DNA from: Gnetum montanum | Taxonomy: Eukaryota; Plantae; Gnetophyta | Assembly (NCBI GenBank): GCA_015680685.1 | Contig: MNCI01003186.1 | Span: forward strand, 1,019,570 to 1,083,569 | Direction: 5' to 3' | Length of the DNA: 64,000 nt | In this document: piece by piece, positions 50,761 to 64,000 of the stretch | Layout: each line of letters begins with the position of its first letter | Numbering within the stretch: position 1 is the first letter of the stretch | Translations under genes and position numbers: made by a program | The notes under the pieces: model-generated | Database searches by the model: none | What the model saw: only the letters and a program-made list of their open reading frames with translations | What the model was told of the DNA's origin: nothing

Positions 50761-53001
50761 CACACAAAAATCAGATAGTAGCAATGCAAACTAATGGCAT
50801 TAGTAGTATTGCTAGCAATCTTTGACTAGATACTATATCAAAGTTATTGCCAATGAAATAGAACAACAGTTAATGAAATGGGCAAAAACTTTGAATTTTT
50901 TAAATTGTAATATCTAGAATGTGCTCCATAGGATTGTAGCATTCATTTTTATCAATGCACCAAGCTAACTCCTGCATTCACTTCTTATTGTCTACTAAAA
51001 ATATTAATCAAATAAAGAGTCTTAATATAGGTGAGTATTTAGTTGAACCAAACCCTCACCACTTAGAATTTGGAATTAAAAGTCAACATTTCATTTACTA
51101 CCAAAAATATTTATTTATTTTGGTTGTCTATGTTGTTTTCTTGTAGAGAAGACCCATCGCTATAGAAAGAGATAAATATAAGGACATTGAATTGAGCAAG
51201 ATAGGGTAAAACTTTGGTGCATGTACTTTCATAATCAATCACAAAGGTCACCATAACACAAAAATCTAGGTGTCACAATCCTGTACAATTAATACTGCAA
51301 GCAAGCTTGTTGGGATATTAAAATAGTGAATCAAAAATGAAGAGAGCATTTGATTAACAAATACAAGTTCCTAAGGAAAAATAAGAAAAGATGTTTTATT
51401 GAACAAGAAGTGACTTTTGCATAAATAATTAATAAAAAGGCAAGATCTCCCATAGGCTCAATGCTCATCCCAGAAAGGTGAAGCCCTAGAAGAGTTTATG
51501 GATGAACGAAAGCCTAACTTCTTTCATGTGACTACACCCTGGCTTGATGTAAAACCCCCCTAATTTCTTTTCCTTTGAAATATTCATTGATGAGTCGCAA
51601 AAGTTACCTGTGAATTGACTTTTTAAATTTACTGCTCCTAAAAAATATGTTCAAAGTTTATAAGGTTTTTTACTGGTTTGTTTTATGTAATGATTACTTG
51701 ATCCCTTATTTTTCATTAGATTTTTAAAAAAATTGGAAAGAAAGAGACTTTGGTGATAATGAAGCTCAAAAATGTTGGTCAAATTTTTAAGTCTTGTAAT
51801 TTTGAATACTTCCAAGCTCTCCTTGTTTAAGTGTCTGAGAATAGCTCTTGGCTATGATGTGATGAAATCTTTTACATTATCTAATTAATAAAGTTTGTGG
51901 TTGGGTCTATATTTAATGTTCCATCCCAAAAATATTAAATAAACTAAATACCTCCAAACTAGGTTCAGACTTTGAAACAGTGAATAATGCTTTAAACCCT
52001 CACCCAAAGAACATGAAATGTTTGGCCTTATATCGCAATTCTTATATTCTAAAACTACTTTTTTAACTCATGAATTTATTTTAACTAGAACATATTTAGA
52101 TAGAAGTTCTCCTAATTAGAAATACAAATAGAACACTTCGTAATGGAAATAAATACACCAAGCTACAAAACTATGCTTTGATGTAGGTAGAAAAAGCTTC
52201 ACATTTGGTCTCAAATTTGTAGCATTTAAAATCATTTTAGTATTTTACTAGTTAGCATGTTGAAATGGTAAAGCAGAGCTCACCTCGGCCCCAATGGTTG
52301 TCCAAATTTCCTTTCCATAGAAATCTGCAAATGCAAAGCAATAGTCCATGATGTAAGCCTAAACCCTGAACCCTAATATTGGTAGCTTGTTGATGAGAAA
52401 TTTACAATTTTATTTTGAAAAAATATAATATGTGATATTTTAATAATACATGAAGCTAGTAATACCATTGATGTCTCGTTTGGTACCGCAGAGACTACAA
52501 GATACATATAAATTTGACTCTGCAGAAAGAAGCATAATGCATAACTCACAAAACATTAAATCCGTCACATTCACCTTTGTGAATGACATGTTTTCAACAC
52601 TGAATGTTGTGCTGCAAAATCAGAATCAGAATCAGCAATTACTTCTGCACAATTTCTTTGTTCAAGCCTTACAAGAAGGACCAGCCAATATCTTGCTCAC
52701 TACTATCAATACTGTGCAGAACCTGTGGTTTTTCCTATTTGTGATTGTTCGTTGTGTTTGCAATTCTAGCAAGTTATCGAAATAGGATATCATGATAAAA
52801 AAAGAACTTGAATGGTAACAGCTATTGAACTCAAAATAATTTCATTTGTGAATTCTAATTTGACAAGGAAAGGTTTAATGGTTTTTGGGATGTTTTTTTA
52901 AGTAAAATATTCTTATTGGGTAGGAAATAATTGGATTGCACCTACAATACCAAAATATATAGCTAATAAGATAAGTATATAACAATGCTTAAAATGTAGA
53001 G

Positions 53002-53381
53002 GTTATTGGAACTCAAAATAATTTAAACATAGGTATACCCTAAAATATATAATCCACATACATAGAATTTTATAACTTAATATTATCCACCAAAATCGAA
53101 CCCATGACTAAAAGTTTCCAAATCAAGAGTTTTACCTACAATACTTGAAGTTTGGGATAGTTGAACCCAAAATAAATGAAACATAAGTACAACCCAAACT
53201 ATATATTACAATAACAATACTTGAAGTGTGGGGTGTTGGAACCCAAAATAAGTGAAACATAGGTACACCACAAAATAAAAAGTTGAATATAAACTTTATA
53301 TAACTCAAACATGATCCACTGGATTCAAATCTATAACCTAGAAATTTCAAATCAAGTGCCTTGCCACTAGGCTAACACCCA
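53002..53381 (-). mobile_element. Cluster of 2-3 tRNA-derived SINE-like copies
   Basis: Repeats of TTGGAAC(C/T)CAAAATAA...ATAGGTA...TTCAAATCAAG; 53233-53381 corresponds to 12-159. Confidence 0.5.
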
Positions 53382-55788
53382 TTATCAATCTCTTATATAG
53401 CAAGATAATAAGTGAGTGGTTTGGATAGTCAAATGTATATAATAGTCAATATCTCAACAATGCTAGTTTCATTGTGGTTAAAGCATTACTATCTATTGGG
53501 AATAATTTTGTAAAGCTATCGAGGTATGTGTAATTTGTTCGGTAAGGAATGTAACTTGCATTGTACTAGTCATAGATTTCTTATAGGTTATCATCTATGT
53601 TTACAACCTTTGCATCTACATGAACTTCAAAATGAGGCCTATTTCACTAACTATGCCTATAGGAAATGCCTTGGTGGTTCGGAAAGGATACAAATAAAAA
53701 TTATCAAAACCAAAATAAGTTGACTATCTAAATTTTCTCTAGCTTATCAGATGTTTTTTCAATGAAGGTGGAGCAAGAGGAAGGGGTGAAGAAATATCAC
53801 AACCCAAAAGAACTAAAGCCGAAGATATATAACCAACATAAGGTTTTAGAAGAATTATAGAAGGATATAAGGATGCCATAAATATAACTTGAACTAGAAA
53901 CCTCCTACCTTAAAAGATAATGAGTTAAACACTTGGGTGTCAAACCCCAAAATATATATATATATATTGATGAGTGGTGAGGTACCCCTACACTCAACCA
54001 TATGAATACGAGCGTAGCACGCGCGATCCGGTTGAACTCCACAGACTAAGTGCCTACATGCCTTATGGAACACTTAAGGTTAATCATTCTTTGTCTTCCT
54101 AGACTTGTAGTTGTCACGGTGTATGGTTAAGTAAGTCTAAGGTATATGATTTTTATATCTTTTTATGTTTTATCTCCTATGCTAATAGGGTGAAGGGTGA
54201 AGAGACTAATTAACTAACTCTAACTAACTAACTAAGCCTTAATTAACCTAGCATTAGCATTCCTTCCCAATTACTGTTCACACCATGAATCGATGCAACC
54301 TTGGTTACCAAATGCTAATCGTTGCTGGGATCACCAAGCATAACACACATGCTCAAAGTGGTCATACTAAGGCATTTAACTAGGAGAGAAGGGTCAAGAG
54401 AGATTTAATAACTAATAAAGTGTTTAAATGAAAAATAATAAATAATAGTAAATAAAATCCTAATTAGCCTATTCCATGCACTGCAAGGTTTATCCAAGAA
54501 GTTCTTCTTTATTGTCGTACACAAACTTGTGTTCAGGTACAATGTCTGCTCGAATAAAGATCCGTTCACTTTGGAGTTCCAACTGTGAGCACATGGAAAT
54601 TAATCTATCTTTGGAGGCGAAAAACTGTCAGAGTTGCACTACGGTCTAGGCCTAGATTGGGAAACAAGGGAGAGCCACCTCTTATTTATAGACTTGGTGG
54701 CGCACCATAATATCGCGTACGCGATATGGCATGGGATGCGATATCGTGGCCCATGCGATATCACATCCCATCATACCCCCATGAATAAATGAAAAATCAT
54801 CCTTGAGTTCCTTATAATAATATCGGGAAGGTATGGGATTATTGACTCAAATGGAACTAATGGAATGACATGTGAATAGATCATCATTACAAGACACAAC
54901 AAAATTGGTGTTCATAACAACAACAGTGAACACCTTATTACATTGACATCAGGCCTCATTTTGCAATTGAGAAAGAGAGAGAGAGAAAGAAGTGTTGCTT
55001 CTACCAATGCCAAGATGGCACCATCGATCTTCCTTGCATAGTTGCTTTAGCACTGATCCATTCCGAGTGTTCCCTTCTGATCCAATCCATTATTGTATGA
55101 TTTCCATCTGCACACACAACACAGTCATATTAGCAAAGGTAAATGAATCATCATGTAGTTGATACGTTACCTCAGTGAAAGGTCAATTGGTTGGGTTGTG
55201 GTATGGCTGATTGTGGGTCTGGATATATATTAATGATGACTACCAAAGGTGTAGGGGTTAGGAGAAAATCAAAAAAATTGGACCCCGTACCCCCATGACT
55301 AATTGCGAACCTTCAGTAGCAATAGAATGGAAAAAGAAAAGGAATAAGAAAGATGGAGAAAAATAGAAAACTATGACATCAATGAAATGGATGTCAAGAT
55401 GGAAATGAAAAAAACAAAATGGATTGCAAAAATGTGAAGGGAAAGAATTTAACGGATGCACCAAATAGGAATGCCAGTGGGTCCTCCCCAAAGAAGGCTC
55501 ATGCCCTTAATGCCCAGACAAACCCACATTCAAAGAGTCTGTAGGCTCTAAGAATGTCCTTTGGAACAAGAGTTAAAATCTTAACCGTAAGAATTTACCA
55601 AAAAGAAAATAATGCATCTACCAAAATATATACTAATGATACAACCGACAATGAGGTGAATAATGGAGAGAAGGATGGAGAGAAGAGAATGGAATGGAAT
55701 CCCAAGAACAAGGTTGTGAATAGTCCCTTGTGTGTTTCATGATTAATGTAACTTGGTAAATCTCATTCCAACTCTGGCCTCAAAAAAA

Positions 55789-57359
55789 TAGAAACACCCC
55801 AAAAAATGTGAGGTCATTCTCGCTCCACTAGGCATTGCAATTCGCGCAGTGTTACGATAGTTCTTTGGGAGGAGAACGCTCTACTTTGGGCATCAACATG
55901 CTCTACGGATCATCATGCCTGTCAATCCAAGTAGCTTGCTAGCCTACAGCCTACTTAGAAATGATGCATGGAGTTGGCAGTAGCATTTTAGATGAGCGAA
56001 ATAGTTTAGCAAGTTTTCTAAGGCACAAAGTTTGCTACGCTACACTACGTTCCTCTATGTAGTGTAGCAAGATTCAGAAAAAATTTGTAGAGAAAAGTGC
56101 CACACTACGCCATGCTATGTAGCGTAGCGTGGTATAGCAACAACTATACAGCCAGTTTCATTTCCCAACCTCAAGTCCTTCAACAATGTCCCTTTCCATT
56201 AGGAAGTGGCGGACCATGTCTGCTGCTACGCTATGCTAAGCTACATGGTGCAATGAGGCATAGCAATCCTACATAATAGAAAGAAGGTAGATCAAAGGGC
56301 AAGACCAACAAGATTGCAAGTTCAGCAATGCAGGAAGCAAGGTTTGCAAATTGGCCAAGTTTTCGTGACGAAGGCCAAATGCTACGCTACGCTACATAGT
56401 ATAGAAAGTATGTAGCATATGTTTAGTGAAATGTGGGACAACATGCTACACTATGTCGAGCATGCTATGCTATGACACACAGCAAAGCATGCGCGTGGTT
56501 GTGTGACATCAATGTCCTACATCTAATTGGATTGTTGGCACATGTCTCCAGATGTTGACAGTGCAATTATGATGTGGTAGGCTCATAGTTACGACATTAC
56601 AGTCTCACAGTCACAATGGTCATGCACATCTAACGATCATACTGGCACGTGCGGCATAGAAAAGTCAATGAAGGGCCAAGGCACACAATGTCCAAACCAC
56701 CCTTTTCACATGCCCTTGGTCCTATAAATACCCTGACAAGCAATATTCAAAGGGTTGGAATTTTTTTGAGTTTCCAAATTTTTCCCTCTATGGTAACTCA
56801 AGCTCTCTTCTCAGCACATTGTAACATCAAGCATTGTAAGCTTTTTATTTGACACTACAAACAGTTAGCATTCCTAGCTAACATTTTGTTCTGTCCCTTT
56901 TCTACCACCTTGGTAGAACCCCCACATTGTTAGCACCTAAGTCTACTCCCAAGTGCAGAACCTACTTTTCTCTACACGTCTTGGTTACTATCGGGATCTA
57001 TGCACTCAATCATGTTGTGCAACCGACTATATCCACCTTGACAGAGAAAACTTGTAGCTTGGAGTGGTGCATTTTTCTAACTGCATTTTACACTATTTCC
57101 TGCTTACTGTCATATGTTGCATTGTTTTCTGCTTTATTTACTCTCAAATATTACTTCGCATTTTCGTCCTCATTTTTAAATTATATGTTGCAAAAGGTTA
57201 TATAGATGCCAATTAAGTCCCTATTTGATTGACCAGAATGTCCAGGGTGCCCCATATCTACACACACCTAGCATGGCCCCCCCGTGGGTATGGGGTTAAA
57301 GTAGTCGCATCCATCAACCCCTCGATGTTTTCCAGCCACCGACATTTTTGGTCGCTACA
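55789..57359 (+). mobile_element. Nested ~1.57-kb insertion, probably a solo LTR (Tat/Ogre-like)
   Basis: Interrupts sequence that is contiguous in elements B and C; ends CATTTTTGGTCGCTACA; A-rich CAAAA flanks; TATA at ~56722; resembles the 20.9-22.8 kb region (-). Confidence 0.7.
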
Positions 57360-58299
57360 CAAAAAACATCCAATGACTTTGCATCAATGCATTCGGCCAA
57401 TCCATCCACTTGAATAAAAAGGATGCCTTCCCCAAGAGCCACCACCATTCCAACAAAACGAATGAGGAGAGAATGGGAAGTGAGCAGGGCCTTAGTTAGA
57501 GGGAACATTTTTATTTTGAGTTCCATAACTAGTGCATGTAGCCCAAGGGATTATTTTTTCTAAGGGATGTACTTTGAATTCTCACTTTCTTTTTCTTGTT
57601 TTTTTTTTGTATTTTATGTGTTTATGTGTGAGAACCACACCATGCAAAGACTTGTTATTTTTATTGACTTAGCTTCCTGATAATTAGGTAACATTGGAAA
57701 GTAAGAAAACTAAAGAAGAAAACATTCAAGCACCCAAGAAAATGGCCAAAAAAATGCACCAAGTTCTCTTGAAGTCACACCCTTTTCAATACTTGAGTCC
57801 TTGCTTAGTTTGAGAAATACCTAGTCACCAGTTCATTAATGTTCTTATTAGAAGGGGACTGTACATTTCCAAGCCAAGAGAGACCATAGACTTTTGTGGA
57901 TGTATGGATGAAGTGGACTCATTGCCTATCATATCAAAAGAAACATACATTAGTATTAACATTATAACTTAAAGGTAAAAACCAAACATTATCAATCAAT
58001 ATAAAAAAAGTTCATGCCATCATGAAGAACACTTATTGGATGACAAACTTACAAGATGGATAACACACACACACACAAACAAAGAAATGAAAAAGTATGA
58101 ACGATGTTGTAAAACAAAAACAAGAAAAGTTAAAAAAATTTGTAAAACAAAAATGTGTAAAACAAAAACTACAAAAAAAACATGTGTAAAACAAAAATGT
58201 GTAAAAAAAATGTGTAAAACAAAAACTAAAAAGAACTGAGGGCCTCCAATGATTAGCATAGGTGGCCATCTCCCCCATGACCAAATTGCAAGGGAGAGA

Positions 58300-61200
58300 T
58301 CTGAAATAATGAATGTCTATTTGAATTTTATAAAAGTGCCCAACTTCTCCCCATTGATGTTCTTAGATTAAGGGGTGGAAGTCGGTGACACACATACTCC
58401 AATGTATATATGCCTTCGTTGTTGGCATGAGTTGTTTCCCCAATTTTTTCCATGCATATTGAGTTGCTCTTTCGACTAGCTTTCAACCATGGGGTGTCCA
58501 CTAGTTGTGTGGTTGCTACATACAAGCACCTTTGTATTTGTATTTCTTAGGCACACCGGTTACATGGAAGAGATGCTGAGCATTCTTCCATGTCATCACC
58601 CTCTAAGTCACTGTATGTGATGTATGGAACTTTCTTCTTCTCGATCTTTTCATAAATATTTACCATAGATATCTCCATAGAAAGATCACGGATCCCTAGG
58701 TACGCATCTATTGTACTTAGCCATGGCCTTCCCATTATAATTGGAAAGCCCCCATTGTTACTGTTGATTTCTATCACCAGGAAATTGGCTGGGTATGACC
58801 AACCACACATAGTGGTAACTATGTCCTCCACCACTCCTAATGGAATGGTAATGGACTGGTCAGCCAGCTCTAGTTGAATGTTGCTCTTCTTAAGTTGGGG
58901 TAGGTTCTAGGCTTGATACATTTATCATGAGATTAAGTTGAATCCAGAACCTAAGTTAAGAAGATCCTTATGTGGTTCGTTCCCAGAAATTTGTAGATAG
59001 ATTAAGGGGCTTCTAGGATCAGAGAGTTTCTTGGGAAGGTGACCTACCTTGATCTAGTTGGTTATGGTATGCGTTAACATAACTGTATGCATTAAGCTCT
59101 GTTGTTGGATGGAAGGGAGCCCTGAAGCCTTATTTGTTAGAGGAGTGGTTGTGAACTCAACTACTTGTTGTTGTGAGAGCTTATCTGGGTTTTTGGTTCT
59201 GAAGAAAGGTCTTCTCTTTTTACGGTTGTCAAAACCAGTAGCAGGTTGAATGTTTATGGCTCTCGTAGCATTACGTTGTTGTGGTTGAGTGGGGAGTTTC
59301 CCTTGCATTGTTGGAGCAGGAGGTATGGGAACTACCGATGGAAGAGATGCGGATGGAGTTGGAGGATGGTATGGATGTGGAGTGTCTCTCGGAGGAGAAT
59401 GAGTCCTCCTAAACTATTCCCGAACTTGGTAGTGATGTTGGGTAGTTGTGTGACTCATAGAGTCACTTGGAGAAATCAGCTGTTGCACATAATAGCCATA
59501 AGGATCAGGTTGTCGGTAAGGGTATTGCTTTCTAGGTAGTGGCATCCCCCATGACTATAGGTGTTACCACTGCTGATGTTGCCTGATGAGTTGTGGTGGA
59601 GTTCCACTTGGATAGTACGTTAACGGTTGGTGGAACTACCTTGGGTTACCTTGGAGATAAGGTAACCTTCAGGGTTTTTACCATTGGTTAAGTCTTGGGT
59701 TAAGTGCATGCACCCTAGACTCTTGTAGATGTGAGATGATTGGAAAACATCCCTTAGGATGGTCATATTGGTAGATCTCACATCCATCATCATTGTCTGT
59801 TTCATAATCCACAACATCATTGGAGATAGTTATTTTCCCCTTACCCTTGTTATGTGTAGGGCCTAAATCTCTCCACTTTTTCTTATCAGAGTTACTACCT
59901 TGTTCCACCTTAGACTCCTCTATGATTTTCAAGACAATTTCAAGTCTAGAGTCTAAGGAATCCCATAACTGATCCACCTTAGCCAATCCTTTTGTTGTTA
60001 GCTTTCGAATTGGCAAGGCTTTTCTATTCACCAACTCTTCGAGTGGTGACTCATCCTCCTCATCACAAAATCTCATTTCCTTCTTTCAAAGGGAAGGATC
60101 GCCGTTATATTCTTCCGCTCTCTCTCTTTTTTGTAGTTCACATTCTTCTTTGGCTACTTGCTCCAGCAAGTGATGAATTTCATGGGCTCTAAGTTCTGAT
60201 AGTCTCCCTTGGGCATCAGTCCCAATGGTTTTCCTAGTCTGATGCCTTAGCCCATCTATGATGTAGCAAAGTTGGTCTTGTTGTGCATAACCATGGCCCG
60301 GGCAACGATGTAACAATGTGTAGTAGCAGCCCATGGCAGCATCCAAGGGTTCATGATTACCTTGCTTCCATCCTTGGATCTGCTTACACAAGTTAGACAC
60401 TCTAGAGTACATTTGGTATTTTTCATTAAAAAATTCTAATATTGTACTCCATCTCCTAATGGTTTCCAGTTCTAAGGACCAGTACCAACTCTCTGCTTCC
60501 TTTGTGAGTTTCCTGGGAAACAACATTAGTTTTTACCACTTGTTCTCTATGTTTTTCAAGACGCAAGCATTGTGGAATGCCTGTAAAAGATGTTGCGGAT
60601 CAGCGTTGTATCCCCCTTCAAAGCGTGGGATATTATTCATATCTAAGTGCTTGATCCGACTATCTCTTTGATGCTTTTTTGGTATTCTCACTGCCTCTGT
60701 TATATCGAGCATACTTCGGGTTGCAAGTAGGGGCTTGTCATGATCATCTCTTTCATGACATCTATGATGTCTAGATTGTTCCCTACTTTCCCTTCATTCA
60801 TACCCTTGTCCCCTCTCTGGACTTTCTCATCGAGGTCTCTCATTTTTTCTACCTCTATCCTCACTATTATGCTCTTGATGACTGCACCCAGATGTGGAAG
60901 GATAGGGTGAGTAATGTGATGAAGGAGAAGAAGAAGGAGAACCATCGCCATAATGATGCTTCTTACATTCTTTTTGGCTGCTACGGCCCCAATCGTGATG
61001 ACGATCAAAATGCCCATCCTTTTCATGTGTTTTTGTTACCTCAGTGAATAGTTGGAATTCATGGGGATTAGAACTAGTGTTATGTATCGTGGAGCATAGG
61101 TTCTGATACCCCACCTCCTCACCATCGTTAGGAGGAACATCATTTGATAGAGAACCTGTTATAATGGGTTCATCATCTCTGATTTCACTTAGGACATGTG

Positions 61201-61500
61201 GAACCCCTTTGCCCTTCAATAGTGTATGGTGGCTCTCCTTCCATGAGTCCTTGATATGTTGTGTTTCTATGGGGTAATAATCCCGCATGTCAAAGTCACC
61301 TACAACATATTCAGCATATAGTTGTGTCATGCCAATCTATGCCAAAGCACGGAGGAGCTGGTTTGGGACCGACCGATCTGGAGGTAACACTATGTTACCT
61401 TGCAAGTCTCTCCATCGCAGCTATTCATCCTAATGGAGGATAATGGTAAAGTCTATAATATACTCATCAGGATGAGTATAGACTATCTAATGCTATTTAG
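58300..61500 (-). pseudogene. gag: Gag-protease of element D (degenerate)
   Basis: LFPRKLTKEAESWY, HRCPGHGY, MVEDIVTT...FPIIMGRPWL; collinear with element C. Confidence 0.85.
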
Positions 61501-64000
61501 GAACTGGCAGATTTCAGTTATGTGTTTTTGATTGCCAACTGTTTCTAGTATGATCCCTAGGTGGTGAATTGCTTTTGTTAGAAGAAGAAATTTTAGTTTA
61601 ATTCAGTGTTCTAATTAACCATTGTATAATTTTTCTTTTAATTAACCCTAAGGTTTGTTTAAGCTCCCAACGATGTGAGTGATTTCCTATGTTCTACTTA
61701 GCGCACAAACACTTAGTCCTTGGAAACGGCGCCAACGATCAGTGGCGAGGTACCCTACACTCAACCATATAAATACGAGCGTAGCACGCGTGATCTAGTC
61801 AAATTCCACAAACTATGTCCCTACATGCCTTATGAAACACTTAAGGTTAATCATTTGTTGTCTTTCTAGACTTGCTTGTAGTTGTCATAGTGTATGGTTA
61901 AGTAAGTCTGAGGTATATGATTTTTATATCTTTTTATGTTTTATCTCCTATGCTAAAAGGGTGAAGGGTGAAGAGACTAATTAACTAACTCTAACTAACT
62001 AACTAAGCCTTAATTAACCTAGCATCAGCATCCGTTCCCACTTACCGTTTACACCCTGAACCAATGCAACCTTGGTTACCAAATGCTAATCATTGCTAGG
62101 ATCACCACGCGTAACGCATGTGCTCGAAGTGGTCGTACTGAGGCACTTAACTAGGAGAGAAGGGTTGAGAGAGATTTTATAACTAATAAAGTGTTTAAAT
62201 GATAAATAATAAATAACAGTAAATAAAATCCTAATTAGCCTATTCCATGCACTGCAAGGTTTATCCAAGAAGTACGTCTTTATTTCTATACACAAACTTG
62301 TGTTCAGGTACAATGTCTGCTCGAATAAAGATCCATTCACTTTGGAGTTCCTACTGTAGGGACATGGAAATTAATCTATCTCTAGAGGGGAAAAACTACT
62401 AGAGTTTCGCTATGGTCTAGGCCTAGATTGGGAAACAAGGGAGAGCCGCCTCTTATTTATAAACTTGGATATCGCGGTGGATGCGATATCCTGTCCCATC
62501 ATATATATATATATAAAATAAAAAGTTACAAGAAAAAAGAAAATGAGTACTACAAAGAGAAAAAACACCAAATATACAAAATAAAAAGCCTAACATTTTT
62601 GGGGATGTCTTTTCAAGTTTCCATCCTTAATGCGAATCTTGAAAAACCTCCCCTATGAGGTAGGAAATTATACATTCCATGAAAATATTAACATTATGTG
62701 AAGGGGGAGGAGGCCCCCAACTTGTCAATAAGATCAGCATCAAAATATATTATCTTCATTTCTTAACCAATAGTTGCAAACAAATTATTAGGAATTAAAA
62801 TATTTTGAACATGTTATCCATTTTGAAGATTTGACATGCAATCGCCAATAAATAGACTTTTTGAATGTTTTTATTATTATGAAGAATCATTTGGAAACCA
62901 TTTGAATCAACAAGAATTTTCTATGAGACTTTAGGAACAAATATTTGTTTCTCCTTACTCATTAAAGAATTCCTTGTAATTGATTTAAGTAGAATCTTTC
63001 TTCAAGCTACATTTTGTTGAACAATAGTAAAAGAAAAAGGGTAGGCCAATTGTTGAAGCATGAATAAAAGAAATTGTTATCTATATCATTTGTAGAAAAA
63101 ACCTCTGTAGCATCTACAACATTTGTAGAAGAGACTTTAGTAGTGTTTGTAGTATCTTGGTGTTAACACACTTGCATAGCCTCTTTTTGAATCAAAAAGT
63201 CAATTTCGATACATGTTTGGAAGATATACTATAGATGCTATTTTCTTAATATGACAATTAATGGAGAAATTTAAAAAAAAATAAAGAAAATCAACATATG
63301 ATCTCCATTGACTTAGAAGAATCATATGAAAAGATTACTTAGAAATATTTTTTAATGGGCCTTGAAAAGGAAATACATCACTGATAAATATATTAAAATG
63401 ATTTTAGATATGTATGAAGGAGCTACTACTAGAATTAGAACAACTTATGAAATTACACTCTCTTAACCAAGCAATAAGTGAAAGTCATAAAAATGTCACA
63501 AATATTAAGTTTGATGTAGAGAAATAAACCTTGCAACCCTATCATTTTATAAACACTCATACATGTTACTTGTCTATTAGAATCCATAGCTTGGCCTATC
63601 CTTCCACCTATGCTTACAACCTACAAGTTTAACTATCCTAGGATAGTTTATACTCATATAGACAATATACTTATTGACCTACCTAATGACTCTATGTGTA
63701 GGTCCAAGTAGAATTTTGTTTGAAAATCATCTAGGAGGTCGTGTTGGAACCTTAAAATAATTGTAATATAGGTACACCTCAAGATATATAGTCCAAAGAG
63801 AATTTTATTGCTAAGCATTGCCCACTAGAATTGATCCCATGACTTGGATCTTTCAAATCAAGAGTCTTACTATTGGGCTAATAGCTCATTATTAGTATCA
63901 TAATTTAAAATGAAGAATAATAATTTTTAAATAAGCATCATCAATATAATTAATCACGTATGGTATAACTAGCTATATATAAAATGCATACTTTGATGTC

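Larger units (their letters stand above)
46736..52589 (-). pseudogene. RPA12: RNA polymerase I subunit RPA12 (TFIIS-like zinc ribbons), 4 coding exons, pseudogenised
   Basis: GT-AG exons 52589-52466 (MSFTKVNVTDLMFCELCIMLL...CSLC), 52324-52284 (DFYGKEIWTTIGAE), 47045-46922 (DLRKHL...VG*QRETV / frameshift / CPQCKNTQLDFYTKK) and 46813-46736 (LRFANEGQTMFYECPKCHYKFAQNS*). The last exon matches the RPA12 signature QLRSADEGQT.FY.C..C. Confidence 0.9.
53968..62501 (-). mobile_element. Athila-like non-autonomous LTR retroelement D
   Basis: LTRs 53968-54773 and 61736-62501; PBS 61717-61734; PPT 54774-54785; inserted in (TA)n with TATAT on both sides; the empty site is visible at 728-746. Confidence 0.94.
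53223..64000 (+). repeat. Segmental/tandem duplication, copy 2 (interrupted by element D)
   Basis: 53223-53967 and 62502-64000 are collinear with 1-2214, including the RTE fragment (~63218-63458) and the SINE-like copy (~63741-63888). Confidence 0.96.

Noticed and set aside
52359-52377. Telomere-like or telo-box AAACCCTGAACCCTAA in RPA12 intron 1
   Set aside because: Only two imperfect units; plausible for a ribosome-biogenesis gene but not distinguishable from chance.
52450-52785. 111-aa plus-strand ORF
   Set aside because: It is antisense to RPA12 exon 1 and has no independent coding signal.

Overview
AT-rich, repeat-dominated land-plant nuclear DNA; the host species cannot be determined from sequence alone. 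All coordinates and identities were read by eye. (1) Two decayed host genes: a Root_cap/LEA-related gene (5.2-6.8 kb, +) and a four-exon RNA polymerase I subunit RPA12 pseudogene (46.7-52.6 kb, -) that the ORF track misses. (2) Four copies of one Athila-like (tRNA-Asp PBS) LTR family. The three complete copies encode Gag-protease but no RT/RNaseH/integrase, and the LTRs of two copies carry a tandem ~65-nt hairpin module with clear base-pair covariation. (3) A ~10.2-kb endogenous caulimovirid (pararetrovirus) block inside a duplicated LTR of one of these elements. It comprises a near-complete genome with a single-frame MP-CP-AP-RT-RH polyprotein and an unusual Cys/His C-terminal tail, followed by a ~2.85-kb inverted copy that breaks exactly at the tRNA-Met PBS, giving an LTR-bracketed viral hairpin. 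(4) A Tat/Ogre-like gag remnant next to a 29-bp tandem array, RTE-type LINE remnants and tRNA-derived SINE-like repeats. (5) A ~53.2-kb-offset duplication: the window start recurs at the window end, and one copy shows the empty (TA)n site for LTR element D. Assembly Ns occur at 25108, 38031-38354 and 41883.
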